A stretch of DNA of 64,000 bases from Auanema rhodensis (Eukaryota > Animalia > Nematoda), in NCBI GenBank assembly GCA_964057225.1, contig OZ059898.1, positions 11,408,001-11,472,000 of the forward strand, written 5' to 3'. A program made the position numbers and the translations under genes. This document shows, piece after piece, positions 51,659 to 64,000 of the stretch. Under the pieces are notes generated by a model. It was given only the letters and a program-made list of their open reading frames with translations. It was not told the origin of the DNA and did no database searches. How positions within the stretch are numbered: the stretch's first letter is position 1; each line of letters begins with the position of its first letter.

Positions 51659-52412
51659 GTTAATGTTTAACTGCATGTATTAAAATTTTATAAAAAAACA
51701 TTAAATGAAGGAATATTCAAACTTCTAATACATTATCTGATTATAAAATTTAAATTGTCAGCAAAAACAATGGGAAGGTTTATTATACGAGAATACTCTA
51801 TACCTAATTAGTCGAAAAAATTGATAAAAAGATAAAAAAGCAAACGTAAGCCTTACGATATATTTGAAAACTCTTTGATTGATTAATTTTTTTTCTTTTT
51901 TCTCCTCTAAAAAATTTCTATTAAATTGAGAAAATATGCTGAAAAACATCTTATTTATTGATGTTTTTTCTTTTATTTTTGTGTTATTCAATTCAATTTT
52001 GAATTTATATGAAAACATGAAATTGAGATAAAGAACTATAAATTTAATAATTGAAATATACATATTCAAAAGATTATAATTCAACAGATATTCGACTGCT
52101 TGTTTCATACTGTTGTATACAATTTGTATAAAAAAAACAATTTTTTGGATTTGATTATAGCTTTCAGGTTTGCTTCGAAAGAAAAGCTCTGCAAAACAGA
52201 TGATCATCTAAAAATATAAGCAGGAAGAAATGTATTAGATCTACCAGGCTTCAAACACATCTACAAAGATATTTGGGAGAAAAAAACAACATATAACACT
52301 TAATATAGAACTAAGTTTTATGTCCCCACAAAGCCACATATTTTGACTTGATTTATAAGTTTTTATTATTTTTTTTTCAATTTAAAGAAATCGAACAGAA
52401 GAAATATTACAA

Positions 52413-54030
52413 ATGTTTGCTGTTGATTTTCTAAATACACATAGTGTACCTGATAATTCATTTTATATATTATGTCATAATATAATTACATTAGTAAATA
52501 CATTTACTATATGTTTATTTATATTTGTTTGTATGAAAACACCTAAAACTCATGAACAGCCACGATATACTATATCTATATATGGTCAACAGGTAAATCC
52601 TATTATTATTCAAAGTAATTTTTTTTTCATTTCAAGGCCTCTTTGTATGCTTTAGCATTGGATTGGTCATTTTTTGGAAAATTTTATCCTGAAATAGCAT
52701 ATAATCTTGCTTACTGCGAAGGCTATTTCTACATAATTGGTTCAAGTTGTCGTACGATGTATACAGTTTATTGTTTTTTTCTTGGTTGTTTTCAACTTTT
52801 CCTCAATTTGTCATTTGTATATCGTCTACAGGTTGTCTCAAATGCAGATCATTTCATAAATGTAAGTAAATAATACATATTCGAATTTTTAAAGTTATAT
52901 TACAGAAGAAATATATTATTCCTATATTATTTACATTTAATTTGCTTTACACCACATTATTACCTAGTATAACCAACTATTACACCTATGATGAACAGCT
53001 TAAAGTTGAAGAAATATATTCAAATGTTTAGAAACTTAATTCTGAATTTCTTAATTACAATTGAAAACTTTTTCAGCTTAACGAAATTCAACTTACATAT
53101 CTTCTAGACAGAACATCTTTTATAGTTAATCTAGCAAGTGTCTTGGGAAGAATATATTCAATATCTTTTGTTTCAGCTCAATATTTGACTATGTTGGTTA
53201 GTTAAAATAATTTTAAAATATTTTAATTTGAACTCTAGACAGTAACCATGTGCACTCTTCTCATAATACGTTCAATAAAGAGAAAACAAGATATAAGCTC
53301 TACTACATCAACTAATCATCATATAAGAGTTTTAAAATCTTTAGTTTGTCAGGTAGATGCTTAAACAGTTTTCTAAGAAATGTATATATTTGTCACCCAA
53401 ATATTACAGAATTTTAAAGCAATAAGTACATGATTAATACACAATTATTCCATAGACTTGAAGCGTCAAACTAATTTTCGCCTTTTTTTTCTATAAAATA
53501 TGAATAAATTATTACAGAATTAAGAAAAAAATTCGAATTTACACAAATGATCATTTACAAGTGATCTGAAATTGTGAATTATAACGCACTAGTGCCAAAA
53601 TTTGCTACAGCGTCAGCCACATTTTAAATTTTTCAACAAAACATATTTTTAAAAAATTATTATTTTCAGACTTTATTAACATTAATTTGTTTTATTTTGC
53701 GTCCATTAGCCAACAAACTGAATGCAACATTTGAAATATCGAAAAGTACAAAATTTTGTTTTATTTATAAATTTTTAGAAATTATAAATTGAGGTATATA
53801 TGAGAGTTTACTGGCTTCGCTTGGACTTTGCACCAGTTGCTACACCATTGCTTATTTACTCCTTAATACAAATCATCGAAATGTGATAATTTCAATATTA
53901 ACTATTAAAAATAAACTTCCCAGAATTCAGTAAGATTTCTATTTTTTAATTTTTAAGAAAAATTGTTTTTGGTCAACAACACTCTAGCCCAAGAATTGCT
54001 AATATCTCGTGATCGACGAAATGATATCAT
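52413..54030 (+). CDS. Nematode serpentine 7TM chemoreceptor, copy 2 (tandem paralogue); 3' end approximate
   Basis: Exon 1 essentially identical to copy 1 and same intron positions. The last acceptor appears deleted, so the ORF may end at about 53933. Confidence 0.72.
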
Positions 54031-55977
54031 ATTTGGCTATTGCGCTTCTGTATTTTTCTTTTTTATTCTTATTTAAAAACATCATAAATCGATTATTTTC
54101 CATCATGTTCGAAAAAATTGTTTTCAACATAGAAACTAAATTAATTTCATTTTCAACTACGAACGCTACGGACTGAGAGATACCTTTTAAGGTTCCAACA
54201 TGTTGTAAGAACCGGGAAAAGGAAAATGTATGCGTTCGGGGGGAATCGAACCCCCGTCGAATGCTTGGAAGGCATCCATGCTGACCATTACACCACGAAC
54301 GCTACGGATTCAGAGATACCCAATCCTGATAGAAACGGCGGGTACTCGACCACTGGGGTTAGAAGATAAGGTTCCAACATGTTGGAAGAAACGGGAAAAG
54401 TAAAATGTATGCGTTCGGGGGGAATCGAACCCCCGTCGAATGCTTGGAAGGCATCCATGCTGACCATTACACCACGAACGCTACGGGTTCAGAGATACCC
54501 AATCCTGATAGAAACGGCGGGTACTCGATCACTGGGGTTAAAAGATAAGGTTCCAACATGTTGGAAGAACGGGGAAAAGGAAAATGTATGCGTTCGGGGG
54601 GAATCGAACCCCCGTCGAATGCTTGGAAGGCATCCATGCTGACCATTACACCACGAACGCTACGGGTTCAGAGATACCCAATCCTGATAGAAACGGCGGG
54701 TACTCGATCACTGGGGTTAAAAGATAAGGTTCCAACATGTTGGAAGAACCGGGAAAAGGAAAATGTATGCGTTCGGGGGGAATCGAACCCCCGTCGAATG
54801 CTTGGAAGGCATCCATGCTGACCATTACACCACGAACGCTACGGATTCAGAGATACCCAATCCTGATAGAAACGGCGGGTACTCGACCACTGGGGTTAGA
54901 AGATAAGGTTCCAACATGTTGGAAGAACCGGGAAAAGGAAAACGTATGCGTTCGGGGGGAATCGAACCCCCGTCGAATGCTTGGAAGGCATCCATGCTGA
55001 CCATTACACCACGAACGCTACGGATTCAGAGATACCCAATCCTGATAGAAACGGCGGGTACTCGACCACTGGGGTCAGAAGATAAGGTTCCAACATGTTG
55101 GAAGAACCGGGAAAAGGAAAACGTATGCGTTCGGGGGGAATCGAACCCCCGTCGAATGCTTGGAAGGCATCCATGCTGACCATTACACCACGAACGCTAC
55201 GGATTCAGAGATACCCAATCCTGATAGAAACGGCGGGTACTCGACCACTGGGGTTAAAGGATAAGGTTCCAACATGTTGGAAGAACCGGGAAAAGGAAAA
55301 TGTATGCGTTCGGGGGGAATCAAACCCCCGTCGAATGCTTGGAAGGCATCCATGCTGACCATTACACCACGAACGCTACGGATTCAGAGATACCCAATCC
55401 TGATAGAAACGGCGGGTACTCGACCACTGGGGTTAGAAGATAAGGTTCCAACATGTTGGAAGAAACGGGAAAAGGAAAATGTATGCGTTCGGGGGGAATC
55501 GAACCCCCGTCGAATGCTTGGAAGGCATCCATGCTGACCATTACACCACGAACGCTACGGATTCAGAGATACCCAATCCTGATAGAAACGGCGGGTACTC
55601 GACCACTGGGGTTAGAAGATAAGGTTCCAACATGTTGGAAGAAACGGGAAAAGGAAAATGTATGCGTTCGGGGGGAATCGAACCCCCGTCGAATGCTTGG
55701 AAGGCATCCATGCTGACCATTACACCACGAACGCTACGGATTCAGAGATACCCAATCCTGATAGAAACGGCGGGTACTCGACCACTGGGGTCAGAAGATA
55801 AGGTTCCAACATGTTGGAAGAACCGGGAAAAGGAAAACGTATGCGTTCGGGGGGAATCGAACCCCCGTCGAATGCTTGGAAGGCATCCATGCTGACCATT
55901 ACACCACGAACGCTACGTATTCAGAGATACCCAATCCTGATAGAAACGGCGGGTACTCGACCACTGGGGTTAAAGGA

Positions 55978-56227
55978 TGTGGCGATCTACCACAAGTGTA
56001 TAGTATGGTTGGAAGTAAAACACAAATTGAATATGTAGAAAAGGGTTTATTGATGAATTAACAAGACAAGCACGGAATAAAATCACTGACTGCGAACGTT
56101 GAAAATGTAAGACTGATCTCTTCTCGTGGGCGGTCGTCAGCCTGAAACAAAGAGTTAGTCATGCCACATGTATAACACAACATGTGGTATGGATAAAAAT
56201 TACTTAGGAAGTTAGAAGAAAGAAGAA

Positions 56228-56276
<49 letters not shown>

Positions 56277-56340
56277 AGAAACGAATAAAACAATTGTTGA
56301 AGATAAAAAAATTATACAAACTCACTCGCTTATCGCGACA
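55978..56340. mobile_element. Solo LTR of an unrelated family (TG...CA, 5-bp TSD)
   Basis: 363 bp beginning TGTGGCGAT and ending ATCGCGACA (8/9 inverted). AAGGA is duplicated at 55973-55977 and 56341-56345, and the array resumes in register. Confidence 0.85.
56230..56272 (+). repeat. (AG)n microsatellite inside the solo LTR
   Basis: About 21 AG units. Confidence 0.95.
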
Positions 56341-56975
56341 AAGGATAAGGTTCCAACATGTTGGAAGAACCGGGAAAAGGAAAATGTATGCGTTCGGGGG
56401 GAATCGAACCCCCGTCGAATGCTTGGAAGGCATCCATGCTGACCATTACACCACGAACGCTACGGATTCAGAGATACCCAATCCTGATAGAAACGGCGGG
56501 TACTCGACCACTGGGGTCAGAAGATAAAATTCTTGTCTGGAAATTGAACTTGATGGTTGTAACAGCATACGTTGAGTCTATTCAGTTTTCCTTAAAAGAT
56601 TAGTATTAGTGTTTAAGTTGTTTCTGAGGATCGGCTTACCTTCCGCTCTTTTCCTCAAGAAGTCGTTTTCGCGAGATTTATATGTTCAAGTCTATTCATC
56701 ATACTGCTATATGATGTAATTATGATTCTTCTCCTGATAAGAGTTGGAATTATTTATAAATAGATAAGAATCTCGTAGAAAAATAGAATATATGCACTTA
56801 GCTAGAGAAAATGCCATCTTTCTCATTATAGTCATTGATTTAGAGTTTTTTATGAGGATTATTGTATGAAATAATATACTTTTCCTCATATGAATATATT
56901 TATTAATCCGTTTTTACTTATAAAATTGTTTTTCCAGTCAATTTAGATATTGTTTCAGTGATATTATCTAGAAAT

Positions 56976-57760
56976 ATGTCGAATTACCAGTCATCTTTCA
57001 ACAATAATAATAATGAAATAAAAGAAGAAGAGGCACCGAAAAGAAAAATTTTCTCTAAAGGTTAATTTTTCTCTTTTTTTCTGTTTTTTCTCATTTTTAT
57101 TTTCTAATGAAATTTTTTAAATTTTTATTTTTAGAATGTTGGTATAATAATACTTTACATTTATGTATATCTGGGTTTGGCATGTTTGCTGGATATACTG
57201 CTTGTATCACTTTTGCTTGGCAATACGGTGTAAGTATCTCACAATCGAAATATTATCTTAATATCAATTTTAAACTTTTTTCTTCAACTTTTATATAATC
57301 ATTTTCAGAATTGGTCTGCAGCTGTTCTGGCTTTAACTACCGGATTGTTTGCTACTTGGGTCTTCTATATGCATTGGGCATACAGAAAGCAGACCATTCA
57401 AACTTGGAAACCATTTACATTTTTTTTCATTAGATGGTCAAGTATGATATTTAAAAAGTTTTCAACATTAATTTTATTCTTTTTAGATTTTGTTATATAC
57501 ATTAATTGTTTGGTAGCCATGTGTTTCTGCTTTATTTATGCGGGTATAAGTGGACAAAACTTAACAACAGAAGGTTGATTATTCCGTTTTATGTATGATA
57601 TTACCGATGTCTTGTAGGTTTACATGGTGAAAATTTATGGATAACTGGTATATGGTGCTGGATGTTGTTCAAATTCAGTATGTTCCTCTCTGTATTTGCT
57701 CACAAATATGGAGATGAAGTCATGCAACCTCTTCTACCACAAACAATTCAACAGCAATAG
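56976..57760 (+). CDS. hrg-1: HRG-family heme transporter (HRG-1/HRG-4-like), 5 exons
   Basis: Four TM segments. Motifs NWSA, LFATWVFYMHWAY, WK, HGENLW.TG.W and FAHKY (FARKY-like), plus an acidic-dileucine-like tail. TTTCAG 18 nt upstream of the ATG. Paralogue assignment is tentative. Confidence 0.85.
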
Positions 57761-58259
57761 TTGTTCATTTTCCTGAATCTTATCTCTTCTCTTTCAACAT
57801 TTCTTTTTTATGATCAAACCTGATGATAATTGGAAAGATCTTTTCGATCTCACACAAGGTATAATTGTATTATTCAGTTATTTTAATATTAAAAATCGAT
57901 TCATGTTTGTGTTTATAAGAACAAATTTCCACAATAATTCATTTCTAAATAAATATACACGTAAATTCATACATTATACTTGTATAAAATACAATAAGAC
58001 AATCAGCAAATTCCAAATTTCTACATCATTTAAATTGAAAAATAAAATAATCCTGAGGTGGAAAATGTTGATGGAAATTAACAAAATATTATGAACATGA
58101 AAGTTTTGAGCCAATAAAGCCTTGGACTTTTACTCTTATCTCAAATTAAATTATTAGAAAAAGCCTAAAATAGATAGCCTACAGAACTTCTGAAACGTAT
58201 TGTGCAAATTTGATACATACGTTAGAAAAGCTCTAATAATCATAATCATAATAAATAAT

Positions 58260-61200
58260 TTAGCCGATAAAATAAGACCGCTGGCCGTAGTGACTCCAAT
58301 TATTGGGTGAATATGGTTTAGAATTAGAATCATATAACTGTGAGAAGCCAATTTGTTCTGGATCACGATTCGCCAATAGATCTCCCTGGGCTATAATGCC
58401 GGGGGGTAAACGAATTCTCTGAAACAATAAGAAATAAGTAATGAAAGAGAAGAAAAAACTTTTTAAAAATTGAGATTGATTAATGGATTTGGTTGGTATG
58501 TTTCAGAAATGTTGTGTTGATTAGTTAATGCACGCAGAAAAAAAAGTCTTTTTTTTACAGAAAACCCAGGTTGTTGAATTATCAAAATATCTAATAGTTG
58601 TTGGAACTCATTGGATTATTATACATTCATTCTACTCTAATCTCTAAAACCAAATCAATTTAGGTTGAATTAATATAAATTCTATTCAATCTGATTTTGT
58701 TAAGTTTACTAATTATTTAATAGTTAAAAATTTTGCATTATCAGTATGAAAATGTTTCAAAGGAAACATAGATAAGCAGCCTGAAGCTCCCTACTTTCAG
58801 CGCCAAATTTCTTCCGATAGGAATTGGGAGAAGATAAAGCTTGATAAGTGCATTTTTCAATGCACTGACCTTAGTTGGCATGTCGATGAGTTGAATAGAC
58901 TGGATGTGGTGCTTGAACTGCTGACGGTTGAGCTGTACGAGCTGAACGGACTGTTGATGATACTGAAGAAGCAGCTGCCTGAGCACTGTTTAACGCCAAC
59001 GAGTTAAGTGAGAGAGGGTTATTAGCTAGTTGTTGTTGGTTAGCCACACCGAACGTCGATCGCACCGGGCTTGGCGTCGTCAAAGGCTGGGTTCGAGCAG
59101 TTCTAGTAGGGAATGATCGAAGAGGAGCTGGAGTCGGTTGCCAGCTGGACTCACGAAGCTGTCGCTGAGAATTATGTTGAATAACATCCTGTATAGAATA
59201 TTTCTGATCAAATATATTCCTATAATCACTACTTACAGCATTACTTGTTGTTCCGGCGCTTTTTGATTTTAATGGGAAACTAGCTACTCCTCTTTGAGCG
59301 GCACCAGAAACCTTAAAAGAAATGTTGTTAAATTTTGAATTTAGCTCATAATAAGTTGTTGTTGTTTTCTGTCTTGCTCAGTTGGACTGAATTAAATAAA
59401 AAATTACGGTTGGCAGTATAGGTGGCTGAATGATCTTTGAAGGTGCTGGGACGTACTGTTGTTGAGTAGCAGGGAGGGAACCTGAAGTATACTCATATTT
59501 TTTCGTTAAAAACTCATCGTAAATTAATTGAAAAAACAAAAACATCTGGTCTTATCATTTATGATACTAACCTTGCTGATAAGCGAATTGGTGGCCAGAC
59601 GTTGGAGCATACACCGTTTGCTGTTGTTGTGGAAGTCTGAAAAGTAATATAACATAAATATTGGCAATTCTGGAATATTTACATATACTGTTGAGGTTGT
59701 TGAGGTTGCTGTGACTGTTGAGGTTGTTGTTGTGACTGTTGTTGTTGTTGTTGTTGTTGTTGCTGTTGTTGCTGCTGCTGCTGCTGTTGTTGCTGCTGTT
59801 GATATGGGTAATAAAATTGTTGCTGCGTATTATAAAAGTTATTGTTATAATAAGGATAAGACGGATATTGGTATTGTTGAAGAGGCTGTCTTTGCTAAAA
59901 AGACATCAAGTTATATATGTATGAATAAAAAGTTGAACAAGTTTTTTACCTGTGCAGTTTGATAGTTGTTGGATGGATAATATGTCTGCTGAGGATAATA
60001 TGTCTGTAAAATAAGACATTTCAATCAGATGCTAAAGAAATTAAACCTGTTGAGGTAGTTGTTGGCCTACTTGAGGAACGGGCTGTTCTCCAGCCTTCTG
60101 GTACTGATTTTGGTTTGGTGCTGGAGCAATCTCACGTTGTAAACGATTGTTTACGTTAAAAGTATTCTAAAACAAGGTATTATTAAGATGAGATAATTAA
60201 CTCTCACTTGATGAATTGCCTCAGCGCGAGGAGCAACAAAGTTTGGAGAAGGAACGTAATTTATCCCAGCAGTGCCAGAGTTTTGCTGGAACAGAAAAAA
60301 ATATATGAATAGTTTAAGAAAAATATAAAAATATTTAATTACACGATTGCTCACAAAGCTCACTCACGTAAAGCTCTAGAATTCATTTGTGCTTTACGTG
60401 AGCTTCACGTAAAGCACAAATGAATTTATTTCTTATTGAATATAGATGAGTTATGGTTGTTTGCATCAAGATAGTTTCCTTCACCATAACTAATTACCCT
60501 TTTACAGAATCTGAATTTTCAAAACGTACATTCTGATACACATATGGTGCTGGAGTTGCAGCAATGCGAGAATTGGGAGCTAAAGTGACAGTTGAGAGAT
60601 CTGGAATCTGTCGAAGTTGGTTAATTTCCTGAAAAAACATTGATATTTGCAGGTTCAGCAAGACATGTGTTTACATTGGTTTGATGAGTTGTGAGTTTTC
60701 TAGAAGCTTGAACGATTCTTTCTCTATTTTCAGCCTTCTGAAATTATTTATAGGTCACATGTTTATGTTTTGATGTATACTCTTGAATACCTTTTCGGCA
60801 ATATTCTGAACTCCCGAACTGAAATCAATTTTGGGTGGCTTTTCCACTTTTTCGTTGCCTTCTACCTATAAAAAAACATTTTTTGTTTATGAAATTTGAT
60901 TTTGATTATATGAATAGACCTGATTAACAATCTCCATGATCTCTTCTTCTTTCAAATTGCTTTTTCTTAGAACATCAATAAGATGAGAAAGATTTGGTAC
61001 GTTTTTCTTTTTTTTCATTATTTCAACTGTTTTAGCACCAGCGGCGCTCCGATCAGGTTGCAACTGTAAATAATGCTTTTTAAAATAAGTTTTTTTGGAG
61101 TGAACTAACTAGATTATTGTCTTCATCTGTATCAACGTTGAATCCTGCTTCCTCGTCGGTCTTTGCAACCTATAAGTTTTCAAATTATCAGCTTAAATGA

Positions 61201-62831
61201 AGGAATTATTTACCTGATTTTCGTAGTCAGTGTCTTCGTCGATTGTATTAGATTTCTTTGGAAGTTCGATTCGTATCTGACGAGGTGATGTAGTTGTTGG
61301 AGGTCTTTCGGTCTAGAACAGAATACTCATCAAACATATTATTCTAATCCTGAATTTTATTTTTTTTTATTTTCTATTCACTGACCTGGAATGTTTCTCC
61401 AATTGATGGAAGAACTCGTAAAGAATCTTCTTTTCCTAAAGTACCAACAGGTCGGTTGAAGTCCTCATCTTTATCTTCAAAATCAACAGAACTGTTTGGC
61501 TAAAAATTTAAATCAATTTTTGTATTTTATTCAAATCTTACGGAAACAGGCCGGGATTCTGGTAGTGGAGCTGGAGCTGGAACTTTATCTTCGGTATCGG
61601 TATAATCCTCAGTATTTGGTGCTGGGAAACCTGGAAAATATGAACATTAACCCAATGTAAAAACAGTTTGATATTACTTGTTCCAAATTCAGGCCCAATA
61701 TTTGTAGGCTGAGGTCTGGGGCCTAGTGCTCCCAAATTCATCCCATGACCACCACGTAAAGCCTCTTAAATCAATTCAATTACAATATTAAGAGTTAATC
61801 CAGAGTATGTGGTCACATACCTGCATTTTTTGCGGCATGTTCCAAAGCTGCCGGGAACCAATTGCCTTCGGAAGCTTGATTCAAAACTCCTACTCCAGTT
61901 CCAGTTAACTGCAAAGCTCCTTGGGCAAGTTGATACACTAAATTAAACAATTACTTTCCATGTAATTCACATCATCTTCAAGAGATATAACACGAGATTG
62001 ATCGCTAATCGCTTGATCGTCAATCGAGTTCAATTAGATTTGTCTAATGCCTACTCAGCTATATGAAAATCGAAAGTACAAATGTCCAGCTGATGATCAA
62101 GACAGAAAATGCGGCTTCAGGTCATTTTTACGAAAAAGCAGTGTATCGTCTTCAGTTTGACAGATGACAAAACCTGTTATCTATAGACGTTTGGGAAGTG
62201 GCGTCAACCTATCGTAGCAAAAAGGAGAGCTGAACGGACAGAGAAAGAAGCGTCAATATCGGAATGACGTCTTAACTGTTTTCTAATGCAAAAAAACGTT
62301 TAAGGTATTCAGAACTATAAGAAGGATTAGCATGAAGGCCTTATGACGATTAGATGAACTGTAAGATAAACTATTCTGAATCGCTAACTCAGTATGATGT
62401 CGGATTAGAAAAGACTATTAATGAGTTCAGATAATGCATGATCTCATACTGTGCAAATCAATCTTCAAACTATTCTAACGAAAATGGTTGAATATAACCT
62501 GTTTGACAGTTTTTGATAGGCTCATCAAGAAATACTTATGAATATGAATGTTTTTATCACGAGAAAAGAATATATCAAAAGATTATAAACTCACATTGTC
62601 CAATCTGAGCTAGAGCTCCTGTAGCTCCAGAAGCAGCACTAGCAGCTCCACTGCCGGCTGCTAACCCTACAAATTTATGAAAAATCGTTAACAGACAATT
62701 TAAAAAACTGTGCCTCCTCCTAATCCGGACCCAAGCAATGAGGTAGCTATTTGAGCGATTTCAGCAAATTGTCCATGAACTAACGGAGTAGATGCAATGA
62801 GGAACAAGAGACAGTTTAGTTGAGGCCGCAT
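58260..62831 (-). CDS. Large multi-exon secreted low-complexity (G/Q/P/Y-rich) nematode protein of unknown function
   Basis: TTTCAG|GC ATG followed by signal peptide MRPQLNCLLFLIASTPLVHG|QFAEIAQIATSLLGSGLG. Many short GT-AG introns and a poly-Q exon. Stop at 58871, with a further possible terminal exon at 58419-58260. Confidence 0.75.
59690..59802 (-). repeat. CAA/CAG trinucleotide repeat encoding poly-Gln
   Basis: (TGT/TGC)n on the plus strand within an exon of the minus-strand gene. Confidence 0.9.
60380..60426. repeat. Perfect intronic hairpin with 22-bp arms and a 3-nt loop
   Basis: AATTCATTTGTGCTTTACGTGA-GCT-TCACGTAAAGCACAAATGAATT. Confidence 0.85.
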
Positions 62832-64000
62832 GCCTGAAATGAAGAAAATCTGAATGATGTATGTATAGATTAAGAGAAGAATCAAAAAAGATATCCAAGT
62901 CTTTTTAGAAACAAAAAGACTCAAAGAAACATAACGACGGAAGTTTTATGTTTAAAGGTTCGCTATCCGAATAATAGTCAGTACATAGCTGACCTCGAAA
63001 TTCTTTTTCGAGAATTCTCAGCTATAAAGGCTGTGATCTCAATGTCTGGAGGCTGATTAGATTTTTTAGCTGTGGAAATAGTGAGCTATGAATAGAGAAA
63101 GAATAGGAACATACAGAAAGGTGTAGAGAAATAATGAGAAAAGAGGATATGAAAGAGAATAAGCTGTAGAGAGTATATGAGAAACAAAGCTTTTTTTCTG
63201 AAATTAATGTCTGTTTGTAGAAAAGGTCACGAAGACAGTTAAGGTAATACTGGAACTAGAATGAATATATGAGCTACTACGGAACAAAACCAATTTGCAT
63301 AGTTTTCGTATCAAGAAAGAATATACAGATCATTTGTTTATGAAAATGATTGAAAAATCCGGCTTTTTATGAATTTAAACAACTGGTTGGTTTTGGCCAG
63401 CTATGGATCTCAGATGATGTTGGGCAGAACACGAAAAACCTGCTATCTAAACTGCCGATGAAGCAGAATAAGCGTTAATGTGGTAAAGCTAGAGACGAAT
63501 AAATTAATTAACAATTGAACTTATAAACACCTTATAAACATAAACGGCTTATACATGATAGTTAAAGAAATAAATTTCGAAATGAAGATGTTACTTGAGG
63601 AATTGGATGACATTGTGCAGCATAATGAAAACGACATAATTACCATGAACGACATTATTCACATCAAAATCAACAATAGGCTCTATAAACGGTAAAGAAG
63701 ATTCAAATAGATTCTCTAGGTAATAGAAATCCACCTCATCTAAGTACAATAGCTGAGAGATTCTGATGTGATTGACAATGGCCAATAGCTAGCCGCTACT
63801 AGCCAAGACCGTTTGTCCACTCTAGTTTCGGAACGAAATAGGCGAAGAAATAATGAGAGTCCGAGAGAAATATAGAATGATCCGGATAAGGAGGAGTCAG
63901 AGATGAAGACAGGTTTTGTTGCTTCGACAGCAATCATTAAAGCTTTAGCTTAGCATTAGTGACCAACAGCATATACAGCATAAGGAATAATATTTATAAA

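Larger units (their letters stand above)
54159..56528 (-). tRNA. tRNA-Gly(TCC) cluster 2: 10 copies at 54231-55913 (179-bp unit) plus one at 56389-56460
   Basis: Same 72-nt gene at a 179-bp period. The spacer carries the palindrome TTCCAACATGTTGGAA. Confidence 0.96.

Noticed and set aside
48147-56603. Repeated 77-87 aa ORFs (MRSGGIEPPSNAWKAS...)
   Set aside because: Antisense translations of the tRNA-Gly repeat unit.
59711-59962. Poly-Val and poly-Leu ORFs on the plus strand
   Set aside because: Antisense of the poly-Gln exon.
63591-63937. Possible GPCR-like gene fragment on the minus strand
   Set aside because: The hydrophobic frame is interrupted by several stops and has no clear motif; at best a pseudogene fragment.

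Overview
AT-rich nematode genomic DNA, judged from nematode-type tRNA sequences, TTTCAG acceptors, serpentine receptors and an HRG-family gene. Positions 1-47435 are a 189-bp tandem array of about 151 tRNA-Ser(AGA) genes on the minus strand. Three related Ty3/Gypsy-like LTR elements and a duplicated solo LTR interrupt it; they share non-canonical CG...CG termini, 4-bp TSDs and a tRNA-Gln primer site. The 12.1-kb element (7569-19649) has an unusual gene order: a Met-free N-terminal extension, Gag, an internal signal peptide, a class III (herpes gB/chuvirus-like) envelope, a TM helix, protease, then RT-RNaseH-integrase. It also carries a spliced antisense gene. All three elements, including the two ~3-kb non-autonomous ones, keep a 350-450-nt 5' leader RNA fold with a pseudoknot supported by compensatory base changes. 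Downstream are 179-bp tRNA-Gly(TCC) arrays, split by two patchily converted chemoreceptor genes and a TG...CA solo LTR, then an hrg-1-like heme transporter and a large secreted low-complexity protein gene.
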